A stretch of DNA of 64,000 bases from Gammaproteobacteria bacterium (GTDB lineage: Bacteria; Pseudomonadota; Gammaproteobacteria; Eutrophobiales; Eutrophobiaceae): the NCBI GenBank assembly GCA_965116495.1, contig OZ220696.1:2464001-2528000 (forward strand). The letters are read 5' to 3'. Position 1 is the first letter of the stretch. Every line of letters begins with the position of its first letter. This document shows positions 12,851 through 22,127 of this stretch, piece by piece. Below the pieces are notes generated by a model. It saw nothing but the letters and a program-made list of their open reading frames with translations. It was not told the origin of the DNA and searched no databases. A program made the translations under genes and the position numbers.

Positions 12851-13538
12851 TATAATGCTTGATGCCCACCCCTGGTTTTGCTGTTTTCAGAACGGCGCTA
12901 TTTTCAACGACTACCTGACCATTCACCAGAACGTACGGAATACCGGTGGAGGGCCGGGCCGGCGTTTCAAGTGTCGCATTGTCGCGCACCGGTTCAGGGT
13001 CAAAGATGGTGATGTCGGCATCCATACCCTGTTGTATGCGGCCCTTGTAGCGCATCTGGGGAACGCCGTTTTCCTCCAGAAACCGGGCCTGGTAGAGGCT
13101 TAACTTTGCCAGCAGTTCCGGCCAGCTCATCAGGTTTTCTTCGCGGTTAAGTCTCAGTACCCTTGCATGCGCGCCGGTCGTACGCGGGTGGGCGCCATTT
13201 TCCAGGTCCAGCGCGGTGGTCACGCCATCCCTGGCCAGCATGCGCTGGTTGAGCGGGAGGTCGGGGGCATGCACATGTGTATCGATAAATCCGGGGGCCA
13301 CGATCTTCCCCCGGGCATTTATAGTGCGTTGCGCTGTTATCTTTTCACCGGTGATGGTTGCGATTTTGCCGTTCCGGATGCCGATGTTGCGCTGCGCATC
13401 CAGTCTGGTTTCCGGATCGATAACCCGGCCGTTATTGATGGCAATCTCATAGACCACGGGGGATGAAGCCTGGTTCTGCGCGGCAAAGGCGATTAAAGGA
13501 ATGCAAAGAGCCAGAGCTGCTGACTTTGTCAAGACCAT
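12831..13538 (-). pseudogene. Internally deleted secreted amidohydrolase (D-aminoacylase/D-glutamate deacylase-like)
   Basis: Signal peptide and N-terminal part (GRVIDPET, VAPGFIDTHVH, DGVTTALDLE) join directly to the C-terminal part (HPRTTG, KGRIQQGMDADITIFDP, VLVNG). About 235 aa, roughly half the usual length. Confidence 0.75.
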
Positions 13539-13567
13539 TTTACTGCCGCAGAAAGAGGACGATTTCG

Positions 13568-14263
13568 TCAGGCGGCCGCCCTGAGCTCGCATCGGATCGC
13601 TTCTTCGATCTCTGCTTTTTCGCGATCATAGTCCTTTGCCAATTCAGCGACCGTCTCACCGGCTTTGTATCTTTCAGCAATAACTTCGGTGGCAAGTCCC
13701 GTTCCGGTAATAACCGGCCGTCCTGCAGATAAGGTCGGGTCAATGACTACCATGGCCGGAGCCTCATTAATATTGCTGCGTGTGAAAGGATAGAGTTTTA
13801 TGGGAATTCCTTGGCTATCTCGTTCGATACGACGTAGAGCGGCCTCGATTATGTCTCGCATTGCCAATTGCCCTGCACTGCTGATATTAACCAACTTTCC
13901 GTATTGTTCAATGAACAGGTCAAGCCCATCTGTTTGAAGCTGCTTACTAATCAGTGGATACAATTTATCGAATATATCCCGCGTGTTTTCTCGAAGATAG
14001 TCAATGGCGCGCCGAACTTTGGGCATCGGTACCGCGTGTTTACGACGGATGGCTGCGAGCACATGAAGTTCGACGAGATTGTGAAACGAATATGCTAAAG
14101 GATTAGTATCCGCCACCTTTATCAGGGCCGGGGAAAAATCTTTGCCGGCAGCCCAATATCGGACCGTCGACCTGGGTAGATTCAGGTAGTGCGCGACCTC
14201 GGCAGCGGAGTACGCCGGAAGTTCACGAAGATTGGATCGTGTGTTGTTTGCTTGCTTCACCAT
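13568..14263 (-). CDS. HTH + DUF433 protein (VapB45-like antitoxin)
   Basis: N-terminal YSAAEVAHYLNLPRSTVRYW; C-terminal VIDPTLSAGRPVITGTG...IAERYKAGETVAELAKDY. Confidence 0.88.
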   Translation of the reverse strand: MVKQANNTRSNLRELPAYSAAEVAHYLNLPRSTVRYWAAGKDFSPALIKVADTNPLAYSFHNLVELHVLAAIRRKHAVPMPKVRRAIDYLRENTRDIFDKLYPLISKQLQTDGLDLFIEQYGKLVNISSAGQLAMRDIIEAALRRIERDSQGIPIKLYPFTRSNINEAPAMVVIDPTLSAGRPVITGTGLATEVIAERYKAGETVAELAKDYDREKAEIEEAIRCELRAAA

Positions 14264-14366
14264 GAGGTTCTCTCGCTGGCAAAGTTTAGCATGAATTATA
14301 AGGTTACCGTTTTGAAACTATGTTGTTTTTCCAATGAATGTCGTGGACGACGTCAAGATTATTCTG

Positions 14367-14412
14367 ATGTTCCTGGAGGGGGAATAGAAGCGGTTTTGTA
14401 ACTGCTTGTTAT
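14367..14412 (-). other. att-like site, left: IHF-like box plus tRNA-3'-like core
   Basis: Minus strand reads ATAACAAGCAGTTA-N8-CTTCTATTCCCCCTCCAGGAACAT; an inverted counterpart lies at 17188-17234. Confidence 0.55.
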
Positions 14413-14563
14413 TGCAGAACAATGTTTTCTTTTATCTAGGTTGCCCAACGATTTCCACAACATTGATGAGTTTTATTAGGTCCTACAAGGCATGTTTCAA
14501 ACTAACGAGGTTCCAGAATCCCCGCGACAAATATGTACAAAGAGCAAGGTTACACTTCTTAAT

Positions 14564-15682
14564 TTATCCAAAAAAATCCTTTAGGTCACATGCCTTACCA
14601 AATGCTTCAATTTTCCATTCGCTTTGCGAAGCCGCTGTTTTACGTAGTCGAATCTTACCGGGGGATATATTTACATTTCTTAGCGTAGCACCAGTATTAT
14701 CTATAGTTTTTTCTACGGCTCTAACTCTCAGTTTTTTGGGTCTGCGAACAGAATTATGACTAGAAGTAGTTATATATGCGTTAGAGGTTAATGATAGTAT
14801 TCGTGACGCATCTTCCCTAGTTGGTATCTCACGACCACCTAATCGCCAGGGTGTAAGCAATGCAATCGGTTCTTTTTTTAACAGTTCTCTCCATACTCGG
14901 TCCACATGTGCATTCTTGGAGCCATGATGTGGAATCTTGAATACAGAAGCCTCACATTTCGGTTTTTCTTCTGCATCTAGTATTTGTAACCACCCAGTTT
15001 TTTCCATATCTGAGCCGAGTAGAATAGCGGTTTTATTGACAATAAATAACAAAACAACTGCCGCTTGGTTAGGTGTTAAGGTTGGAATATGTCTTTTTGT
15101 TTCTCCTACTAGTGGAATAAGCTGGCCTACTGTTTGTAGAAACAAATCGAATACTGAATCGGAAGGAGAAAGAGACCAGATCTCGCAATCATATTTATTG
15201 AAAATTCGACGGTTAGCCAAAGCATGAATAGGTTTAGTACTCTTTTCATGAAGTAAATTAAACACCTGATATAGTTCCTGCATACCGGAGCGAGTAGTTG
15301 ACATCGAGCGGTTCTCGACTGCTCCAATCATCGCTAGAAATTCTTGCTCACACAAAGCGGCTGAACAACAGAAATTTGCTTCAGAACAAGTTTCTACAAG
15401 CTTTCCCATACCACGTATATGATCATCATGCCAGTGAGTAGCAATGATGAGACGTACATCCTTCGCGGGGTCTACACCTAAACTGCGGAGGTAGGACAAT
15501 GCAACTGGTATTTTTTTCTTGTCAAGACAAGAATCGATAATTACCCAATTGCAATTCCCGATATGTAAGATTATGCATTCTCCATAACCTGGCCCGGCCA
15601 GCGTTAATTCTATCTGATCAGGTTTGGGAGGAGTTATTTCTTCAGTCAGTCTTTGATTGACTCTACTATTCCCTGTGCCCAT
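14564..15682 (-). CDS. ComEC/Rec2-type metallo-beta-lactamase-fold hydrolase (probable nuclease)
   Basis: GYGECII, IIDSC, ATHWHDDHIRG (HxHxDH), LLGSDME and KIPHHGS; AT-rich. Confidence 0.88.
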   Translation of the reverse strand: MGTGNSRVNQRLTEEITPPKPDQIELTLAGPGYGECIILHIGNCNWVIIDSCLDKKKIPVALSYLRSLGVDPAKDVRLIIATHWHDDHIRGMGKLVETCSEANFCCSAALCEQEFLAMIGAVENRSMSTTRSGMQELYQVFNLLHEKSTKPIHALANRRIFNKYDCEIWSLSPSDSVFDLFLQTVGQLIPLVGETKRHIPTLTPNQAAVVLLFIVNKTAILLGSDMEKTGWLQILDAEEKPKCEASVFKIPHHGSKNAHVDRVWRELLKKEPIALLTPWRLGGREIPTREDASRILSLTSNAYITTSSHNSVRRPKKLRVRAVEKTIDNTGATLRNVNISPGKIRLRKTAASQSEWKIEAFGKACDLKDFFG

Positions 15683-16242
15683 TCTTTTCCTTCAGATATA
15701 TCCCAAGTGCTCATCAAAGGTAGATCGCGAAAGACTATTTGTGATACTCGTCGTTTATTGCCACTTGCTAAGTTCTCATAACCGATTACCCAACGAAAAA
15801 TACTTCCCGGGCAAATACGTTTGTGATCGTTTTCAGCTATTTCTTCCAAAGGAATTGTAGCTTCCTCATCTTCTTGAGTAGCTCCAGCAGTGAGATCCAC
15901 TAACCTAGCGGTAAATTCATCCCCGGTTATTTCCAGGACATAACCTTCCCATTCTTGAAGTGCATGAAATGAGTTAGATGGCTCACTCCGCAAACCTCTC
16001 GCCTTGGCAGGGAAATTAATAACAGGATTTTCTTCATAAATGGGCCACCTAGAATTCAGACCACTGTCAAAAGATTTATACATACTGTCAGTATCACGTA
16101 CTATCGGGCGCCTATGTTCCAGCACACTACCAATTCCTTCTAGATGTTTCTTATTTAATGACATGTAGGAGTAATCGTAGATGCTAGACGAATCTTGGAA
16201 TTCATTGCTAGAAAGGTCAGGCACAGTTAGGAAAAAGTACAT
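15646..16242 (-). CDS. Hypothetical protein (low-complexity N half, beta-rich C domain)
   Basis: GGAG RBS overlaps the upstream stop; LQEWEGYVLEITGDEFTARLVDL...GSIFRWVIGY; overlaps the MBL gene by 37 bp. Confidence 0.75.
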   Translation of the reverse strand: MYFFLTVPDLSSNEFQDSSSIYDYSYMSLNKKHLEGIGSVLEHRRPIVRDTDSMYKSFDSGLNSRWPIYEENPVINFPAKARGLRSEPSNSFHALQEWEGYVLEITGDEFTARLVDLTAGATQEDEEATIPLEEIAENDHKRICPGSIFRWVIGYENLASGNKRRVSQIVFRDLPLMSTWDISEGKEWAQGIVESIKD

Positions 16243-16250
16243 ATCTACTC

Positions 16251-16940
16251 CTATGTCAAAGACATTACGTGATCAATAATTTTATCTGATCGCTTTAAAG
16301 ATTCATCAAAATTCAACTCTAGCAATTTTATAATTTCGCTGGAAATTGCCTGACTATCCTGGTTCTCAAATTCGTAATGGTCATTAACTTTAATTGCTAC
16401 CCCTACACGTTCTTCTTCAATTTCACTCGATGGTCCTACAGTTACATTTATTTTCCCACCGCGTGGCCTGCCCTCTGGGTCTACCTGTGTCATAGTAAGA
16501 GAAGTCATTCCGCTAGGCGCGTCACCGAGTTCAATTTCTTTTCCCCAATCTCCCCATGGTTCAATAGGAGACAATAGTCTACCGAGTTGCATTCGTTTAT
16601 CAAAGTTCCACAAACAATAATGTACATCATAGTTTATCCCTATAGCTCTGAGTGGTGTATGGGGCAGCTTTTCTCGAAAAATACGTACAGTTAAATCACA
16701 CAAACGGACATAGGGAGATTGAGTCGTACCCAGTATAAATCTATCAGGATGAACCTCTAGATTAATCCAGTCTGCATTGAAAGATGTGAGCTGTCCATGG
16801 GCAATTTCCAATCTTGCGTTTTTCGCGATACTTTCAGGAATAAGTTGATTCCAGCCAAACCACGACGGTGTGAAGATAGAAGGGTTAAAACTACCCAGCA
16901 TAACAAGCGTCACAGAGGAATATTGGGGGTCAACCCTCAT
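16251..16940 (-). CDS. Hypothetical protein, TIGR04255-like
   Basis: GSFNPSIFTPSWF, HTPLRAIGIN and C-terminal NDHYE motifs. The family assignment is from recall, not a search. Confidence 0.6.
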   Translation of the reverse strand: MRVDPQYSSVTLVMLGSFNPSIFTPSWFGWNQLIPESIAKNARLEIAHGQLTSFNADWINLEVHPDRFILGTTQSPYVRLCDLTVRIFREKLPHTPLRAIGINYDVHYCLWNFDKRMQLGRLLSPIEPWGDWGKEIELGDAPSGMTSLTMTQVDPEGRPRGGKINVTVGPSSEIEEERVGVAIKVNDHYEFENQDSQAISSEIIKLLELNFDESLKRSDKIIDHVMSLT

Positions 16941-17187
16941 TTTGCGAATATTTCTTCTTAGAACACTATTTGCGGAGCATACATATCAATAAACTAAAAC
17001 AAGATGATACCACACACTATTGCGGAACATTTGAGAGTCATCTACCAAGGATGCGATATTAGCACCCATATTTCTCTTCTTGCAAACCCCAATCAACCAC
17101 ATAGTTATGTTTATAAGGTGACTTATTCATCCATATACTATTGAAATAATGTTGGGAAGATTATATCTTAATGTTAAGAACTGAATG

Positions 17188-17234
17188 ATATCAATAAGTT
17201 ATTTGGTATCTTCTATTCCCTCTCCCAGCACCAT
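17188..17234 (+). other. att-like site, right: IHF consensus plus tRNA 3'-end fragment
   Basis: TATCAATAAGTTA matches WATCAANNNNTTR exactly and is followed by TTCTATTCCCTCTCCCAGCACCA (T-arm/acceptor-like, CCA end, tRNA-Leu-like). It marks the AT-rich to GC-rich transition. Confidence 0.65.
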
Positions 17235-17303
17235 ATCCCAACTGTTCTACCTTGGCATCCTCATGAATCACCCTTCACCGGACTCTACTTTAATTGACAG
17301 AGT

Positions 17304-17345
17304 CGCCACGCTTTTCAACTAGGCGGAGTCCTGGTGGCTTTTTTA
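17304..17345 (+). terminator. Possible intrinsic terminator
   Basis: GCCAC...GTGGC followed by a T-run; long, imperfect stem. Confidence 0.3.
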
Positions 17346-17357
17346 CTGGATTCCTGG

Positions 17358-18443
17358 CTACCTTACCGGCAAGGTCAGCGCCGGCACCTGGGGGTTGGTC
17401 TGACCGGCCTGCAGGTCAAACAGTTGACGTAACAGCATGAATGTGGATTTGGATTCCAGGTCGGTATCTTCGATATAAAACCAGTTCCCCCGGTAGTGGG
17501 TGGCTATGTAGGCGTTTTCCGGCCGTTCGTCGCTGGTGTGTATCTTGAACAAGCGTCCTGCGGGGGTTTCATTCCAGTCGAATCTTCCACCATCTTCAGT
17601 CCTGGTGACCGTCACGAGTTCGTGGTGGTGACTGGACGGCGCCTCGACGTTGTGTGACAGATAATACAGCAGGCCCGAGATGGATCGGGGACGCACGGTC
17701 CACTGGGTATTGTCCATATTCAGAAAATCCGTATTCAGGGTGAATTCATCCTTGCCGCGGTCGAGTTCCAGCAATCTGTAGACCTGATCAATCTGATGTT
17801 TGTAGACATTATTATCTCTGACAAGCTTGATAACGATACTTCCCTCTTCGTTTGTGCCGATTTCAATGAGCTGGTTTTTCTGTAACGCGTGCAGTGCGTC
17901 CATCAGGTCACCGAATTCTTCATGGTCCGGCTCCTGTGCAGGTGTCGGTCCTGACGCATTGGGCGCGTTGTAAAGATTATTCATCCTTTCAAAACACAAT
18001 CCGAACACCCGGCTGATATTCCAGCCCGATTGCGTCAGTACCAGGATGGCCTCCAGTTGCAGGGGGCTGAGGATACTCTTGAGCAGGTCTTCGCCCCGCA
18101 GCGGCGTGTAACTGATGGTCGGTTTGTCGGTATAGGCAACCCCCACGCCGGGGCTCAGGGTATCGCCGCTGCCGAGGTTTACATCAGAGTTCAGCCCTGC
18201 GTTTGCGCCCAGGGACAGACTGGCCGTTACGCTGCCTATTTCCAGGAAAAAAGTCACATCACGGTAGCGCATGCGCACCAGGTTCTGCAGCATCTGCTCG
18301 TTGATCGAGGCGATGATGGCCTCGTTATAGGCGGGGTGGGTACGTGCGAGAGCCTGCGGGCCGAATGCCGACTGGCAGCCGGACAGCATCGCAACCAATG
18401 TCAGTAAAAGGAAAGTGTATGTGATTTGATAGCGCATAAACAT
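17358..18443 (-). CDS. Putative lipoprotein of unknown function
   Basis: Hydrophobic signal plus lipobox LSGC; start reassigned to ATG 18443 or 18437. Confidence 0.75.
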   Translation of the reverse strand: MFMRYQITYTFLLLTLVAMLSGCQSAFGPQALARTHPAYNEAIIASINEQMLQNLVRMRYRDVTFFLEIGSVTASLSLGANAGLNSDVNLGSGDTLSPGVGVAYTDKPTISYTPLRGEDLLKSILSPLQLEAILVLTQSGWNISRVFGLCFERMNNLYNAPNASGPTPAQEPDHEEFGDLMDALHALQKNQLIEIGTNEEGSIVIKLVRDNNVYKHQIDQVYRLLELDRGKDEFTLNTDFLNMDNTQWTVRPRSISGLLYYLSHNVEAPSSHHHELVTVTRTEDGGRFDWNETPAGRLFKIHTSDERPENAYIATHYRGNWFYIEDTDLESKSTFMLLRQLFDLQAGQTNPQVPALTLPVR

Positions 18444-18530
18444 AAGAGCGGGCATTTTACCGGATAGTGATTGAGACGTGAAGGTGATCCTGGTTCCCAG
18501 TTGCCGACAAGACAAGGTATAATCAATTCA

Positions 18531-19898
18531 ATGAATAAAACCGTAACAAACACCTCCGGCTGGCAGGCACTCGACAGCGCCCACCACCTGCATCCCTTTT
18601 CCGACACAAAGGCACTGGCACAGGAAGGTTGCCGGGTGATTACCCGCGCAGACGGGATTTATATCTGGGACTCGGACGGGAACCGCCTGCTGGACGGCAT
18701 GGCCGGTCTGTGGTGCGTCAACATTGGCTACGGTCGCAAGGAACTGGCCGATGCGGCCTATCGGCAAATGCTTGAACTGCCTTATTACAATAATTTCTTC
18801 AAGACTTCTGTGCCCTCAGCAATCGAACTGGCAGGGTTGCTGGCGGAGGTCACTGCGCCGCATTTGAATCATGTTTTTTTTACCAACTCCGGTTCCGAGG
18901 CCAACGATACGGTGTTCAGGCTGGTGCGGCGCTACTGGGACCTGGCCGGCAAACCCGGGAAGGAAGTGATCATCAGCCGCGACCACGCCTACCACGGCAG
19001 CACCATAGCAGCCGCCAGTCTTGGCGGGATGAAGCCGATGCACGAACAGGGCCACTTGCCTATACCCGGTATCAGGCATATCGCTCCGCCCTACTGGTAT
19101 CGGGACGGGGGTGATCTGTCCCCGGAGGAATTCGGCAGGGCGAGCGCGCGCCTGCTGGAGGAAGAAATCAACTCATTGGGGGCGGACCGGGTCGCCGCCT
19201 TTATCGGTGAGCCGATCCAGTGCGCCGGCGGTTTGATCGTGCCGCCGCAGAGCTATTGGCCGGAAATTCAGCGCATCTGTAATGAATACGACGTCCTGTT
19301 GGTCGCGGACGAAGTGATCTGCGGTTTCGGCCGTCTCGGCGAATGGTTCGGTTCCGACTATTACCGCCTGCAACCCGACCTGACGCCGATAGCCAAGGGC
19401 CTGTCGTCCGGCTACCTGCCCATCGGCGGCGTAATGGTGGGGGACCGGGTAGCTGATCTGTTTATCGGGGAAGGCGAAGAGTTCGCTCACGGGTTCACCT
19501 ACTCCGGCCATCCCGCTGCCTGTGCGGTAGCCCTGGCCAATATCGCCATCATGCGGGATGAGAAAATCGTCGAAAACGTCAGAGACAACACGGGACCCTA
19601 TCTTGAACAGTGCTGGAACGAACTCGCGGAACATCCCCTGGTAGGCGAGACGAGGGGCGTCGGTTTCCTGCGGGGACTGGAACTGGTAAAGAACAAACAA
19701 GCGCGGGAGTTTTTTGACCCCGTCGGCAAGGTCGGACAGATCTGCCGTGAAATCTGTTTCAATAACGGCTTGATCATGCGCGCCGTACGGGACACCATGG
19801 TCGTCTCGCCACCCCTGATCATGACGAGGGAGCAGATTGACGAACTTATTGAACTGGTCAACCAATGCCTGGACCTGACCGCAAGAGAACTGAGCTGA
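18531..19898 (+). CDS. Class III PLP aminotransferase (SpuC-like putrescine/omega-amine:pyruvate transaminase)
   Basis: LDGMAGLWCVNIGYGR, NSGSEAND, AYHG, DEVICGFGR, AKGLSSGYLP and HGFTYSGHP; ATG at 18531. Confidence 0.92.
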   Translation: MNKTVTNTSGWQALDSAHHLHPFSDTKALAQEGCRVITRADGIYIWDSDGNRLLDGMAGLWCVNIGYGRKELADAAYRQMLELPYYNNFFKTSVPSAIELAGLLAEVTAPHLNHVFFTNSGSEANDTVFRLVRRYWDLAGKPGKEVIISRDHAYHGSTIAAASLGGMKPMHEQGHLPIPGIRHIAPPYWYRDGGDLSPEEFGRASARLLEEEINSLGADRVAAFIGEPIQCAGGLIVPPQSYWPEIQRICNEYDVLLVADEVICGFGRLGEWFGSDYYRLQPDLTPIAKGLSSGYLPIGGVMVGDRVADLFIGEGEEFAHGFTYSGHPAACAVALANIAIMRDEKIVENVRDNTGPYLEQCWNELAEHPLVGETRGVGFLRGLELVKNKQAREFFDPVGKVGQICREICFNNGLIMRAVRDTMVVSPPLIMTREQIDELIELVNQCLDLTARELS

Positions 19899-19921
19899 TA
19901 TGAGGCGTACTGGAGGGTAAC

Positions 19922-21757
19922 ATGAGCTGGCAAGGTCAAATACTACGGGTCAACCTGACCGATCTGAGCTGTGCTATCGAACCGCTGAACGAGGAATGGG
20001 CGCAATCCTACCTCGGACAGCGCGGACTGGGCACCAAGTACCTGTATGAAGAGATAGACCCCGGGGTCGACCCGGTGTCTCCCGAGAATAAATTAATCTT
20101 TGCTACCGGCCCGCTGACCGGCACCATGGCCTCAACCGGGGGGCGCTTTTCCGTCATTACCAAGGGCGCATTGACGAATGCCATCGCCTGCTCCAATTCC
20201 GGCGGCCAGTTCGGCGCCGAACTGAAGCTGGCCGGGTATGACCTGCTGATCCTGGAGGGCAAGGCGCCGCACCCCGTTTACCTGCATATCGAAAACGAGC
20301 GGGTCAACCTGCTTCCTGCTTCCCACTTGTGGGGCAGGAGCGTCTGGGAGACTGAAACGACCATAAAGCAGGACCACAATGACCCGCTCATCCACGTCGC
20401 CTCGGTCGGGCCCAGCGCCGAGTACGGTTGCCGGTTTGCCTGTGTGGTCAACGACATGCACCGGGCCGCCGGCCGCTCGGGCGTAGGTACGGTAATGGGA
20501 TCGAAACACCTGAAGGCTATTGCCGTCAGGGGCACAAAAGGTCTCAGCGTGTCTGACCCGGAGGCATTCATGCAGGTGGCGATGAGCACCGCACAAGCCA
20601 TGCGTGAAGACGACGGGCGCAAAGCCTTGACCAACGAAGGCACCATCAGCATGATGGATACGACCAACGTCTACGGCACACTGCCCACCCGAAATTTCCG
20701 CGAGGTCCAGTTCGAAGGCGCCGACAAGATCGGCATGAGCGCGATGAAGGAGGCCAACGAGAACGGCCACGCCAACCTTGTCACAAACAGCGCCTGCTTC
20801 GGCTGTACTATCGGCTGCGGCAGGGTCTGCCACATCGACCCGGAGCATTTTTCCGTCAAGGACAAACCGCAATATCATGGCGCCTCCGGCGGTCTCGAAT
20901 ACGAAACGGCCTACGCCCTGGGCTCCGGTGTGGGCGTAGACGACATCGACGCAGCCACCTATGCCGGATTCCTCTGCAACGAATACGGTATGGACCCCAT
21001 CACCCTGGGCGGTTCCATCGCCGCGGCCATGGAATTATTCGATATCGGCGCGATTGATGAAGCGGTGACCGGCGGCATCAAACTGGAATTCGGTTCAGCC
21101 GAGGCCTTGTGCGCAATGACGGAGGCTGTTGCCAGGGGAGAAGGGTTCGGCCGGGACGTCGGTATGGGATCGAAGTTGTTGTGTGAAAAGTATGGCCATC
21201 CCGAACTTTCCATGTCGGTCAAGGGCCAGGAATTCGCCGCCTATGACGGACGCAGCATGCAGGGTATGGGACTGGGATATGCTACCAGCAACCGGGGCGC
21301 CTGCCATTTGCGCGCCGGTCCTTACGAGGATGATTTCACTACCCTGGAAACCGCCGGCAAGGCACAGGTGGTTAAGGAAACACAGGACTTTATAGCCACA
21401 GTCGATTCCAGCGGCTTATGCCTGTTCTCCGGTTTCGCCGGCTTTTCCGAGGAACTCGTTGCCGAACACATCAACGCCGCCTGCAAGGGGGAATGGGACC
21501 ATGCCCGTTTGCAGGAAACCGGGGAGCGCATCTGGAACCTGGAACGGCAATTCAACCTGGCTGCCGGTTTGACCCGCAAGGATGACACCCTGCCGCCCAG
21601 GATACTTACCGAACCGGCTCCCAGCGGCGTCGGCAAGGGATTGGTGTGCAAGCTGGACGAGATGCTGCCGAATTATTACAATCTGCGCGGCTGGGATGAG
21701 GACGGCGTGCCTGCTCCAGAAACCCTGGAACGGCTCGGGCTTTCAGGCAGCAGGTAG
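19922..21757 (+). CDS. Aldehyde:ferredoxin oxidoreductase (AOR family, tungstopterin)
   Basis: MSWQGQILRVNL, SNSGGQFG, AAGRSGVG, CFGCTIGC, EYET, NRGACH and DDTLPPR. Confidence 0.93.
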   Translation: MSWQGQILRVNLTDLSCAIEPLNEEWAQSYLGQRGLGTKYLYEEIDPGVDPVSPENKLIFATGPLTGTMASTGGRFSVITKGALTNAIACSNSGGQFGAELKLAGYDLLILEGKAPHPVYLHIENERVNLLPASHLWGRSVWETETTIKQDHNDPLIHVASVGPSAEYGCRFACVVNDMHRAAGRSGVGTVMGSKHLKAIAVRGTKGLSVSDPEAFMQVAMSTAQAMREDDGRKALTNEGTISMMDTTNVYGTLPTRNFREVQFEGADKIGMSAMKEANENGHANLVTNSACFGCTIGCGRVCHIDPEHFSVKDKPQYHGASGGLEYETAYALGSGVGVDDIDAATYAGFLCNEYGMDPITLGGSIAAAMELFDIGAIDEAVTGGIKLEFGSAEALCAMTEAVARGEGFGRDVGMGSKLLCEKYGHPELSMSVKGQEFAAYDGRSMQGMGLGYATSNRGACHLRAGPYEDDFTTLETAGKAQVVKETQDFIATVDSSGLCLFSGFAGFSEELVAEHINAACKGEWDHARLQETGERIWNLERQFNLAAGLTRKDDTLPPRILTEPAPSGVGKGLVCKLDEMLPNYYNLRGWDEDGVPAPETLERLGLSGSR

Positions 21758-21844
21758 CATGCCAGCGGTATCAGCGGAGAGGAACGTCTGAGAAAATCCC
21801 AAGGCAAGGACATTTCCGATCTAATCCAGAAAATGCGCTGGGCC

Positions 21845-22027
21845 GGCCACGGCGTCAACGTCACCCACCTGGCCGGCCAGGTCGTGGCCGATGCTAGCGC
21901 CGGCACTTATGAACGGTTCGACGTTTTCGAGAAGGTGAAGCACTACCGTATCCCCGGCGGTCAGTGGGTCGGCAACCAACTGCTTGCCCTGGGGATGATC
22001 TATTTTCGGCTGTTGGATCTCCTTTAA
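21845..22027 (+). pseudogene. C-terminal remnant of a PuuB/OrdL-like FAD oxidoreductase
   Basis: GHGVNVTHLAGQVVADA...RFDVF...IPGG...LALGMIYFRLLDLL*, with no upstream FAD-binding domain. Confidence 0.7.
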
Positions 22028-22127
22028 GGGACCGCCCGGCCCCATCCGGCGAATGCCAGCCATTGCAATCGTTATTTGTAGTTGATTTTGCTTGTCATAT
22101 CGTCACTTATCGGGTATTTTTGACGAC

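Noticed and set aside
14406-14759. 117-aa plus-strand ORF
   Set aside because: Antisense overlap with the MBL gene, no RBS and no recognisable motif.
14564-15682. Competence protein ComEC or an antibiotic-resistance beta-lactamase
   Set aside because: No membrane competence domain and no signal peptide; motifs and context fit a stand-alone cytoplasmic hydrolase.
17150-17234. Intact tRNA gene
   Set aside because: Only the last ~23 nt are tRNA-like; the upstream sequence is AT-rich and cannot form D or anticodon arms.
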